Shown: piece by piece, positions 9,991 to 19,567 of the stretch
Layout: every line of letters starts with the position of its first letter
Numbering within the stretch: the stretch's first letter is position 1
Assembly: GCA_950072105.1 (NCBI GenBank)
Contig: CATMOE010000030.1
Location: forward strand, 1-42,240
Reading direction: 5' to 3'
DNA length: 42,240 nucleotides
Source of the DNA: an uncultured Dehalococcoidia bacterium
Lineage (GTDB): Bacteria > Chloroflexota > Dehalococcoidia > Lucifugimonadales > UBA3495
Position numbers and translations under genes: made by a program
The notes under the pieces: model-generated
Told to the model about the DNA's origin: nothing
The model's database searches: none
Seen by the model: the letters and a program-made list of their open reading frames with translations, nothing else

Positions 9991-11289
9991 TCAAGATAAT
10001 CGAAAACGAGGTGTCCCTTTCGGGAATGGGAAAGACAGAGGGTCCGTTGTGAGCGCACGGATGCTTAGCATCTCATTTTTCACTCCGTAGAGAAATATAA
10101 TCGCGGCTTTACAGACGAAAAGAATCAGACTTTCACCGGGGCAAGCTCGCGCGCCGCTTAGAAAGATATTAGGGTACACCGAGCGCCTATCGTTTCCCGG
10201 GTCGAGCCATTTGTCCGGTTCAAAGTAGTTAGCGCTTGGGTCCACCGAAGTGTCGCGGAGGCTGATCAGGAAGTAGTGCAATATCTCCAAGCCGGCCGGT
10301 ATTGAGACGCCGTCGAACGTATCTCCTTGGGGAGCTACGTGGGAAGTACGGGTAACCGGCGGGAACAGGCGGCATGTCTCCAATAGGCATGCTTCCACGA
10401 AGTTTAGGCGGCTGATGGAGATCGCTTGGTCCAGGGGACCAGCAGCGTTAATCTCCTGTCGCACCTGCTCGGCAACCTCCGGCCTTGACCCCAACATGGC
10501 CAATGTCCTCGATAGCAGATCGGTGCCCGACCCGGTAAACGTGAACATCCAGTGGGGGATCTGCTGCAGCAGTTGATCTTCGTCGAAATGTCCCCCTCGA
10601 GAAAAGGTGTGCGCTCTGGCAAGCAGACTCGTTCCTTGCGCCTCGTTCCACGACTGCCGAATCGACCCATAAAACCGTTCGCGGCGGCCTCTTTGGGTCC
10701 ATCCTAACAATTTTCTTCTCGGCAGGGATTGGACATAGCCAAACAAGACTTGTATGTCTTGAGCCAGTTGTGGCGGAGCACCGCCAAATACAACCCCCAG
10801 CATGACCCTGCCCATACGGTCTCGAATGTCATCAATGCTGGATACAGGTTGGGCAAATGCCACCTGGACTTGGAACAGTGCAGCCTGTTGGAGATCAGGG
10901 CTGCCACCGGTTGACAGTGTTTGCTCATTTAACGGTCGCAGCTTGTCCCATTTCTCGTCATGGCTAAGAGTGAGCGATTGCTCCGCCAGGAAAGACACGG
11001 CCGCTACTTTGCCCGGTCCTGCCGCATAAGTGTTGGTGCTTGGACTTTGATTCAAGATGTGTCGTGACAGGTCTCTTCCCGTTACCAGCAAAAACCTTCT
11101 GAATCCAAAGTTGAGGATGATGCCCTCGGTCGAGCGGCGCCGGGCTAGATCCCTGATCCAATCACTTAGGACCAAACCGGGATTCAAGAAGTAGCGATTG
11201 GGCATCAAAGCGCGGAGGAGGCCACAGATCAGTCGAATAAGATCCATCAACCCGGTCGAGGGTAAGGTTTTGCCGGTTTCGTTGGCCAT
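9991..11289 (-). CDS. Cytochrome P450, divergent
   Basis: ExxR (ETCRLFPP), FEPDKW meander, heme motif FLSGARACPG; I-helix reads FTFTGSGT. Confidence 0.88.
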   Translation of the reverse strand: MANETGKTLPSTGLMDLIRLICGLLRALMPNRYFLNPGLVLSDWIRDLARRRSTEGIILNFGFRRFLLVTGRDLSRHILNQSPSTNTYAAGPGKVAAVSFLAEQSLTLSHDEKWDKLRPLNEQTLSTGGSPDLQQAALFQVQVAFAQPVSSIDDIRDRMGRVMLGVVFGGAPPQLAQDIQVLFGYVQSLPRRKLLGWTQRGRRERFYGSIRQSWNEAQGTSLLARAHTFSRGGHFDEDQLLQQIPHWMFTFTGSGTDLLSRTLAMLGSRPEVAEQVRQEINAAGPLDQAISISRLNFVEACLLETCRLFPPVTRTSHVAPQGDTFDGVSIPAGLEILHYFLISLRDTSVDPSANYFEPDKWLDPGNDRRSVYPNIFLSGARACPGESLILFVCKAAIIFLYGVKNEMLSIRALTTDPLSFPFPKGTPRFRLS

Positions 11290-11428
11290 CGGTTGCTTTA
11301 CTCCTTTGCCCGGTTAAGGTGGGTCCCGATTCGTAGACCACCAGCTTCTATCGGCGGGCCTGGTGTGACAACGCGCTAAGTAAGCGGCCCGCACTTACGA
11401 AGCCAGAATCATCCCGGTCATAAAGTGG

Positions 11429-13801
11429 TCACCGTGATTGCCGATACGAGTCACCGAGCATCGGATCGGGCTTCAACTCCCGGTCATATTCACGGATAGG
11501 GTGGCGTTTCTTATCCAGTCGTTCTCCGGTATCCCAAGGTTCAAAGGCGTTTTTGACGTTCTCTAACCCGGTTTCGCCAAGCTCTGGATAGTGGCGCAAC
11601 AAAACGGTTTTGAAACTGGAATCGTCGATCCACTTAAGCCCTTCTTTGGAATATGTTTCCTCGTTGTAGTTAGTGGTATAGAAGCGGTCCGCCTGAAGTC
11701 TTCGGCTGGCGTTGAGAATAAAGATCTGGAACATGGTTTCGCCGAATCCATACCCCTTTGGCCGATGTTCTTCTGCAAGAGTGCCGATCATCAGGTCCAA
11801 CTTTTCTATGTCTTCGGGCTTGTCTTCGTACACTTCTTTGAGTCGCTCCACAACCTTCACGTCGCCGGTGAGGTCTTCGAAGGCGCGAATCGGATTGAGA
11901 GTTAACTGGCGCCTGAATTTGTTGTATCTAGGCACGCCCCGCTCGCGCGCCCTTAGGATGTCCACGGCGCCCAAGTCGAATAAAGGGTTACCTGGAACAC
12001 TCATCTCTTGCATGAACTTCGGAAAATTGTTCAACACCAGTTTCCCCGGAAGCTGTCGGCCAAAGGAGTAGGAAAGGTCGAGCAGACCGACTTTTTCGGT
12101 CAACTTGGGCGAACCTGCCTGGCGCGTTTCGACAAATGGTATTTTCTCGATCTGTTCTTGATTGGCGATCCGCCGAATATCGATCGTCTCGGGCAATAAC
12201 GAATGCAGACGATAGACTTCCACGAATTCCTCGGCGAAGCCAAAAGGGTGACCATTCTTATTAAGCCGGTTCCCGACTAGTCCGCCCATCTCAGGATTTC
12301 GCACGTTGAATTCAGCCAACGTTTTCCTTTGACGGCCGGTCTTAAAGATATTGGTCAAGAGACCAAACCAATTGGCTTGCAAGCCCGAGTGTAGGGCACG
12401 ATTGGGCAAAATCGCGGGTGTCCACTCGATAGAGTGAATCTTGGCTATCAGCGCCGCGTTGATAAGGCGGGCCACATTGAAGAGGCGATTATCATCTCAA
12501 TCTGGATGTGTTTGTTTTAATTTGTCACATATGGCGTTGTGCTCTCTGGCAAACAACGTGTGAAGCAACGTCAGCCCGATCCACCAATTTCGAGTGAATC
12601 CGGTCTCCTCAACTCCGTTTTGACCGACCGGTAGAGAACCATCGGCGTTGATTCTTAACTTGCCATCGTCATGGCTACGGAGCCGGTCAACTGTCTCCTG
12701 ATCGCTGCCGTAGATCTGCGAGGCATCCCACCAATGTGTCACCTCGTTGATGAACGAGATCGGAGTTTCCTCTTGCCCGGGTCGTCGTGTCGGATCCGGC
12801 TGACTTTTTGGGAGTAGCATCTTGGTTTGCCGAAATCTCTCCCGGGCAGGGTCGTCCGCCGGTAGCGGGATCTCATGGTATTCATCGGTCAGAGTCTGGC
12901 CGTGATCGATCCAGTCATGGTTTTGGAAATTGATCCATGCGGCTGCCCAGAGGTTGAGAAAGGGAATTGTTTTCATCTCCCCTTGGCGCGTTAAAAACTG
13001 CAAGCTTACTTCCCGGGGATTCGGGGACATAAGGATATTCCCGGTCTCCGGATGGATCGCGTCATTCTCTACATTTCGGGTGAAACGGGTGCCCGCGGCC
13101 CCTTCCTTTGGGTCGGCCAAGTTGTTCCAACTACCGTCTGCCGTGCGAAAGTGTGTGACACCCTCAGGAGGCGATTGACCGGGTGTTTGGAACCCGATAA
13201 GGGTACCTTTGGGGTAGGTATCCTTGAGGTTGTTTTTGGTGAGCACGACTCGCAGATACGCCAACGTAAATGTCCCGATCAGATACCACCTGTTGTACCA
13301 ATCGGTCCACACTTTTCCGCGATATCCAATCACCTTTCCGGCAAGTTGGATCAGGACATCCGTAATGAAGCCTAATATGGCGCCTATCAAGGTTTCGAGG
13401 ATCACCTTTAATCGCTTTAACGGTCCGGGGCCGCGAACTATTAGCGGCCGTGGCGGCAATGCTCCGTCTGGCACGATAGGCTCTGCCAACAACTTGTCGC
13501 GATCGAAGAAGTAAACATCGGGAACCGGTACTTGAATCTCAGCGACGGTATTCGCTCTCGCAGCATCCAGCATCTCCTGCCACTCTTGATTACCAGCATC
13601 AAGTTGCAGGGCCACAGCGTATTGCTCAACAGCCGATGCGTATTCTTCCAGGTGATAGTGGGCGAGGCCCAGCAACGCATGTCCTTCTCCGTCAGTCTCC
13701 TGAGGGAGGCGATTTTTCAGCAGATCCAGCGCGTCTCGATATTTCCGCTGTTCGAGTAACTCTTGGGCTTCTGCCCGGACTGCTTGTTCTCCATTATCCA
13801 T
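11429..13801 (-). pseudogene. TPR-fused heme peroxidase of the fatty-acid alpha-dioxygenase/cyclooxygenase family, interrupted by an in-frame TGA
   Basis: RTADGSWNN, WINFQNHDW, THWWDASQIYGS, FAREHNAIC, AKIHSIEW, EEFVEVYRLH, RARERGVPRYN. TGA at 12497-12499 in HPD*DDNRLFNVARL with both halves in one frame. Start may be 13897. Confidence 0.85.
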
Positions 13802-14298
13802 CTCGATCCAACCTCGGTGATCGCCAGCGGTATACTCGCCGATCGATCTAGGTGTTAGCTGCGAGCTTTTTGGGGTTGAGAACCCATGATCAATCATGGA
13901 AGTAAATAATACATACCCAATCCTGTGATTCTAAGATGTTACGACGGATGAACAAGGAATATGCGGGATTGATTTCGTTAGAACTTCAATACAGTAGATT
14001 GCCCATCAATATAATGGCAAGTTATCGTTAATTATTCCGCTGTTATTGACAGTATATGTATGTAAGCACACGGAATTCGTAGTTAAATATACATCGCTAT
14101 TTTGATGAGCCCCAGCAGGCTCAACATTATCTTCTGGCCCGATCCCTTCCCTTTGATTGACAGGCCGTTAATCTAGTGAGCCGCCGGCCGGGTCCAGTTG
14201 GTGTACATAATCCAACCTGCTCGAGGGGAGGGTGGTAAATGCTGCCCCCTGCCGTTAGAATAGTCCGCCGAACGACCGAATTAATGGGGGAGGAATTG

Positions 14299-15165
14299 TT
14301 GCAGCCAACAAGTCAATTCGTTAAGGCACAGGGGATCAACCACCACTATCTAGATTGGGGCAACCCCACCGCGCCGCCTTTGTTGTTGCTGCATGCCGTC
14401 GGTCTCTGTGCTTCCACCTGGAACCGGGCGGCCAGGTCCCTGAGCGCAGACTTCCACGTCATGTGTTTCGATCAGCGCGGCCACGGCGATACGGAATCTA
14501 CGGATCAGAACCTAACTTTTCACCAGATGGGGGAAGACCTGGCCGAAGTTATCCGGCTGATGGGCTTCGAAGGTGTTGACACGGTGGGACACTCTTTGGG
14601 GGGGATGGCCACTATGATTGCCGACTCCCTGCAGCCCGGCATCATCGGTCGGTCCGTGCTGATAGAGTCCCGTGTGGGTCCTCCCCCAGCGTCGGCGCCG
14701 TCCCAGGACCTGCAAGAACGGGCGAGGCGGGCGAGACTGAAACGGTCCATCTGGGAAAGCCGGGAGGCGATGTACGAGGCCTACCGGAACCGCCCGGTAT
14801 TCAAGAGGTGGACCGAAGAAGTGTTTGCCGATTTCATAGAAGGCGGCACTCGTTTATTGCCGGATGGACGGGCTGAGTTGAAATGCAATCCCGAAGTGGA
14901 GGCGGCGTTCTACGGGCAGCGTGATGGCGTGAACGATGCAGTGTACATAGAAAGGCTCACTGGACAGTACCTGCTGCTGCTGGGAGATTACCCCACCGGC
15001 CAGAAACCCGAAGACGTTGGTGTGCAGAATTTTCTGAAAACGGTCGCTGGGTCACGGGTGAAAGCGATGGGCTGCGGTACCCACTTTATTCCGATGGAGT
15101 ATCCTGACCTGATTCTAAGTGAGATCAGAGGATTTCTAGGGAACGTCGCGTCTGAAAACGAATAA
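14299..15165 (+). CDS. Alpha/beta-fold hydrolase
   Basis: LLHAVG, DQRGHG, GHSLGG, GTHFIP; SD GGAGG at 14289-14293 favours a TTG start near 14299. Confidence 0.88.
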   Translation: MQPTSQFVKAQGINHHYLDWGNPTAPPLLLLHAVGLCASTWNRAARSLSADFHVMCFDQRGHGDTESTDQNLTFHQMGEDLAEVIRLMGFEGVDTVGHSLGGMATMIADSLQPGIIGRSVLIESRVGPPPASAPSQDLQERARRARLKRSIWESREAMYEAYRNRPVFKRWTEEVFADFIEGGTRLLPDGRAELKCNPEVEAAFYGQRDGVNDAVYIERLTGQYLLLLGDYPTGQKPEDVGVQNFLKTVAGSRVKAMGCGTHFIPMEYPDLILSEIRGFLGNVASENE

Positions 15166-15204
15166 CGCCCAGGGCGGAGATGCGTCCTTGGCGGACTCGC
15201 CGGG

Positions 15205-15537
15205 TCATCCGGCTAAGGGCACACTGGCGGTGATCCGGTTGCCCACCGAACGAGTGGTGTGGCCCTGGCCCGTCAGGTCTTCGACTTGCAGAATGTCGCC
15301 GGGGTTAAACATCCGTTTGGTGCCGTCTCCGATGCCTATTTCCATCTGTCCGGAAAGGACGATCACGTACTGAAGCCGAGGACCGTTGTGCCAATCGCTG
15401 AAGCTCCCATCCGGGGAGTTGCGGAACGTCATGTTGGCTCCGGGCGTGAGGGAGATTGTCTCTAGGTCTCCCGCTGGCACGTTGAGGTCCTCAAAGTGGG
15501 CCTGACCATCCTCACCGTTGTATATACGAGTAACCAT
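15205..15537 (-). CDS. Cupin-domain protein
   Basis: WHNGPRLQYVIVLSGQMEI...GDILQVEDLTGQGH; SD GGAGGT upstream. Confidence 0.85.
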   Translation of the reverse strand: MVTRIYNGEDGQAHFEDLNVPAGDLETISLTPGANMTFRNSPDGSFSDWHNGPRLQYVIVLSGQMEIGIGDGTKRMFNPGDILQVEDLTGQGHTTRSVGNRITASVPLAG

Positions 15538-15673
15538 CTGACCTCCAGCAGTCCAAGTTGTGTGAACAGTAACTGTTAAGTATTTTCTGTGGTCCGCAGC
15601 ACGACTTCGATATTATAGACTGGCATTTCCCGGTTAGATGTAGCCTACCCAGATGAGTACTCACTGGATATAT

Positions 15674-16335
15674 CTAAGCTCTTTCCGCAGACCGGCTTGA
15701 CGCGCGCGTGTGGTTGATCCACACCTCCGCTACTACCAGATTGACGCCGATACCCAGCCAAAAGGCGGCGCCAAATACCTCCTCCAAGCTAAGGCCTGTC
15801 AGCGACGTAAGTAGAATAAGGAAGACCCGCTGGGTGGCCACACTCATGGCCGCGGCGAACGTTCGGATCATCCACTCACGATGTTGGCGCACCTCTTTCC
15901 TAATGATGTGACGAATCGCCATAGAAAGTGAAAAGAGAAGGAGTACGCTCACGAAGATTACTGCTGACTGTGTGCTGATGCCGCCGAAGGCAGGAAGAGG
16001 AAGTTGACGACGAGCGCGAGCACGGCGCTGATCGCGGCCAAGGTGGCGAGCACCCGCCCCGAGCCACGGTGAATGCTGATTCTCCGCCGCCGAATCCGGG
16101 CGACGAACTGCAGGGGAGCAAACGTGAGAAACAGCACCCCCGGAACAATGTGGAAGAGCGAGACCCACGGGTGCTCGATATAGCGAACGCCCAGAGCGTC
16201 AGCCGTTGCCGCATCCTGGGTCAATGACCCCAGGCGATTCGCCCCGGAAAAGAGCATCAGGAGCACGGCAAGCACTATCGCGATCCAGCCTAGAGTGCTC
16301 GCGATCTTCATCGTCTTTGCTCGGCTAACGACCAC
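15674..16335 (-). pseudogene. DUF2306-like membrane protein, frameshifted
   Basis: FHIVPG..PLQF..IRRR..IHRGSGR in one frame and PAFGG..HREWMIR..VATQR in another; one base missing around 15990-16002. Confidence 0.8.
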
Positions 16336-16407
16336 TCGGTCCCTCCCACCAGGTATATTCCAAACTTAATCAACTTTCTTAAACATGTGCTGTCTTAGAT
16401 TGCACGG

Positions 16408-16436
16408 ACTATAAAACGGCATCCGGACCGTGTCAA
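16408..16436 (-). promoter_or_regulatory. Sigma70-type promoter
   Basis: TTGACA-N17-TATAGT. Confidence 0.7.
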
Positions 16437-16526
16437 CCGCTATCCAATGCCGTGAATTCCTTTATCAGGTAACCGATTCCCGCCGAACATCACAGTTCAG
16501 AATCGCCTCGCGTCCGGCTACATTTC

Positions 16527-17807
16527 CTAGTAACGGATCCTTACGAGTTGGTCAGCCGCCGACTCTGGCAGCCAAACTTCGCCGTCCCGGCCGAGGATCT
16601 GCCTGACGTTGCTGGGGTTACTGGGCAGGTCGAACACCTCGAACTCCTCGCTCTCTGGGTCAAACCGGACGACCGAGTTAGCGCCAAAGTCGCTTAGCCA
16701 CACCATGTCCAGCTCATCGACATAAACCGCATACGCCCGTGGCGCCGAACCGGGAAGCTTCCACTCGCGCCATGTTTCCTCGGATGGGTCATATACCGCC
16801 ACTTTGCCGGCGTTCCACTCGCTTACCCATATCCTGCCTTGGGAATCGGGCCATACGCGCCTAGCGCCCTGATTCGGGGTTGGCGGGTCTAGGACGGTTG
16901 CTTCGCCTGTTTTGGGATCGATGCGGCCCACGTAACTCCCAGCCAAAGAGGCGTAATAAACGTCGCCGTTGGGACTGGCCGCGATTCCGTAGGGACCCCG
17001 GCCACGCGGCGCGTCGAAAACCTCCATCTCACCCGTGGCTGGGTCCAACCGTCCGTAGACACCACCCTGTCCGGTGAACCAAAGTACTCCGTCGTTATCA
17101 AACGTGGGAGTGTTTAAGTTCACGTTGGGGCGGTCCGGTGGTAAGGGGAAAACGTCCACTCTTAGACTTTCCGGATCGACGCGCACGATGGCGTTCAGAC
17201 CGCTGTCGGTGACCCAAGGCGCTCCGTCAGGTCCCACGATCACGCCATGGGGCCGGGACCCGGCGCCCAGCTGCGTGTGCCTGGTCTCTCCGGATTCCGG
17301 GTTGAGCCACCCAAGTTCGCCAGAACCTTGCGCGGTGTACCAGACTCCGCCGTCTATGGCGGGCGCTACATCGTGAGGACGGGATCCCGCTGGTAGGGGG
17401 AATGCTTTTAATACCGGTTGGGAAAGAGTTTCCTTAGCCGGATCGGGGACCGTGGCGGCAATTTGCAGAGCCGGTTCAGGTTGAGGATCGGAACCCGCCG
17501 AGGGTGTCGATGTGGAGCGTTCCACAACCGTGGACGTAACCGCCGGAACGGACAGGGTCGGAGTGTTATCGGCCGTGGGTACGGGTTGAGTCTTGGAACT
17601 TGCATCCGGTTCCGAAATGGGCTTTGATGTCGCCAAGGGTTCACGCGCCGGCATCAAGGTCGCCGCCGCTTTGATCGGCACCGATATCGCCGTTGGCGCG
17701 GTTGACTCACTACACGCAACCAACGCGAGGAAACCCAGGGATCCCATAAATAGTGACACCGCTCGACGTGAATCGCTGTGCCCGCCCAGGAGTTTCCTCC
17801 TTTTCAT
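16527..17807 (-). CDS. Lipoprotein with Vgb-like beta-propeller
   Basis: Lipobox LVA-C, long Pro/Ser/Thr linker, repeated blades (PHDVAP..VWYT, PHGVIVGPDGAPWVT, PYGIAASPNGDVYYA). Confidence 0.82.
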   Translation of the reverse strand: MKRRKLLGGHSDSRRAVSLFMGSLGFLALVACSESTAPTAISVPIKAAATLMPAREPLATSKPISEPDASSKTQPVPTADNTPTLSVPAVTSTVVERSTSTPSAGSDPQPEPALQIAATVPDPAKETLSQPVLKAFPLPAGSRPHDVAPAIDGGVWYTAQGSGELGWLNPESGETRHTQLGAGSRPHGVIVGPDGAPWVTDSGLNAIVRVDPESLRVDVFPLPPDRPNVNLNTPTFDNDGVLWFTGQGGVYGRLDPATGEMEVFDAPRGRGPYGIAASPNGDVYYASLAGSYVGRIDPKTGEATVLDPPTPNQGARRVWPDSQGRIWVSEWNAGKVAVYDPSEETWREWKLPGSAPRAYAVYVDELDMVWLSDFGANSVVRFDPESEEFEVFDLPSNPSNVRQILGRDGEVWLPESAADQLVRIRY

Positions 17808-18021
17808 TTATCAACCTCCCGAGAGTGACCCCCACCGATCAGCTGTGATGGAGACAACGCGGTTCGTTTTATATGCGCAGTATTTGACCATCTTACCGGT
17901 TTTGGGATCCCTCCCGTTCAGAAGTAGACAATCTTTGGACTTTCCAGGTAATATCGCCGCGACCAGATTCTTCAAGTAGGGTTGATTCAGTGGTAAACAT
18001 GACATCAAGGTAGGAAGAGTT

Positions 18022-19554
18022 ATGAAGTATGACGTCGTTATCATCGGGGCAGGTTCGGCGGGATGTGTTCTGGCTACCCGCTTGACGGATGACTCCAACC
18101 GCTCGGTACTGTTGCTAGAGTCGGGTCCGGACTATCCGAACTTTGAGACCTATCCCGACGACCTGAAGTATGGGTACAACCAAGCCGCTTCGGCGGTGGA
18201 CGCACCGCATAACTGGGCTTTCTCAGGCAAGGCGACCGACGAGCAGGGCGTAACTATGCCCGTGCCACGCGGCTGGGTTGTGGGTGGTTCCAGCGCCATC
18301 AACGGCCAGGTTTTCCTGAGAGGCGTTCCCGAAGACTACGACAACTGGGCATCATGGGGCAACGACGAATGGTCCTTCGTTAAGACGCTGCCCTACTTCA
18401 GAAAACAGGAAACCGACATGGACATCAAGGACGACTTCCACGGATTCGACGGCCCGATCCCGGTCCGCCGCCACAAGCGGGAGACTTGGCTTCCCGCTCA
18501 AGTCGCTTTTTACCAGGCCTGCCTGGACAGCGGCTACCCCGACGACCCGGACATGAATCACCCAGACTCTGGGGGCGTTGGACCGATCCCCATGAACAAC
18601 CCCGACGGCGTTCGCATGAGCACGTCCCTGACCTATCTGAATCCGGTGCGCAACCGGCTGAATCTGACCGTTCGGTCGGGTGTTACGGTGCGGAGGATCA
18701 TATTCCAAGGCAACCGCGCCACCGGCGTGGAGGTGGAGAGCGGAGACGAAACCTTTATCGTAGAGGGCGAGGAAATCATCCTCAGCGCCGGGGGTGTCGG
18801 CTCACCACAGGTGCTGATGCTGTCCGGGGTTGGGCCGGCGGAACACCTGCGAGAGATGGGCATTCCGGTTTTGCTTGACTCGCCAGGTGTTGGTCAGAAC
18901 TTGAGAGATCACCCCAATGTAAGGGTGCCGGTGCGGGTCAATAAGGATTTTCCACTGGACCCTGAAGCGCCGCGCACCCAGCTAGCCTTGCGCTATACCG
19001 CCAAAGGCTCCAGCGACCGCAATGACATGCAGATTTTGGCTTCCTCTTTCTCCTCTCCGATGGGAGGTGACCCCGCCGATGGAGAAGGTATCCGGTTTAC
19101 CTGCGTTCTCGAACTCGCGGTGGGAGCTGGCGAAGTGAAGCTGGCATCCACCGACCCTCACGTGCAGCCATTTCTCGATTACAACTACTTGCAAGAGCCC
19201 TGGGACCGGGAAAGGCTGCGTGAAGGGGTTCGGCTGTGTTTAGAGTTCTTGGAGCACGACGTCTACAAGGACATAATCGAAGAGTGCATCACCCCTACGG
19301 CTGATGATCTGGTTTCCGACGATACTCTGGACCAGTGGCTGTTGCGCAACGTGACCACCACCCAGCATATCTCCGGCACCTGCAAGATGGGGCCCGATTC
19401 CGACCCTATGGCGGTTTTGGACCAGTATTGCCACGTTCGGGGATTGGAGGGGTTACGGGTGGTGGACGTTTCGGTATTGCCAGACTGCATACGGGCCAAC
19501 ACGAACGCGACCACCATAATGATTGCCGAGCGGGTGGCCGACTGGATGAGCTGA
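18022..19554 (+). CDS. GMC-family FAD oxidoreductase (choline dehydrogenase/MftG-like)
   Basis: GAGSAG, GGSSAING, SPQVLMLSGVG, HISGTCKMG, ANTNATTIMIAER. Confidence 0.93.
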   Translation: MKYDVVIIGAGSAGCVLATRLTDDSNRSVLLLESGPDYPNFETYPDDLKYGYNQAASAVDAPHNWAFSGKATDEQGVTMPVPRGWVVGGSSAINGQVFLRGVPEDYDNWASWGNDEWSFVKTLPYFRKQETDMDIKDDFHGFDGPIPVRRHKRETWLPAQVAFYQACLDSGYPDDPDMNHPDSGGVGPIPMNNPDGVRMSTSLTYLNPVRNRLNLTVRSGVTVRRIIFQGNRATGVEVESGDETFIVEGEEIILSAGGVGSPQVLMLSGVGPAEHLREMGIPVLLDSPGVGQNLRDHPNVRVPVRVNKDFPLDPEAPRTQLALRYTAKGSSDRNDMQILASSFSSPMGGDPADGEGIRFTCVLELAVGAGEVKLASTDPHVQPFLDYNYLQEPWDRERLREGVRLCLEFLEHDVYKDIIEECITPTADDLVSDDTLDQWLLRNVTTTQHISGTCKMGPDSDPMAVLDQYCHVRGLEGLRVVDVSVLPDCIRANTNATTIMIAERVADWMS

Positions 19555-19567
19555 CCCGGGATCCACT

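Noticed and set aside
12497..12499. Selenocysteine in the dioxygenase
   Set aside because: The position corresponds to Trp rather than Cys in this family, and only a weak 4-bp hairpin lies downstream.
16527..17807. Streptogramin-resistance gene vgb
   Set aside because: Similarity is at the fold level only; it is a lipoprotein and the catalytic motif is not evident.
18022..19554. Assignment as mftG or betA
   Set aside because: No mycofactocin or bet genes in the window, and GMC motifs do not specify the substrate.
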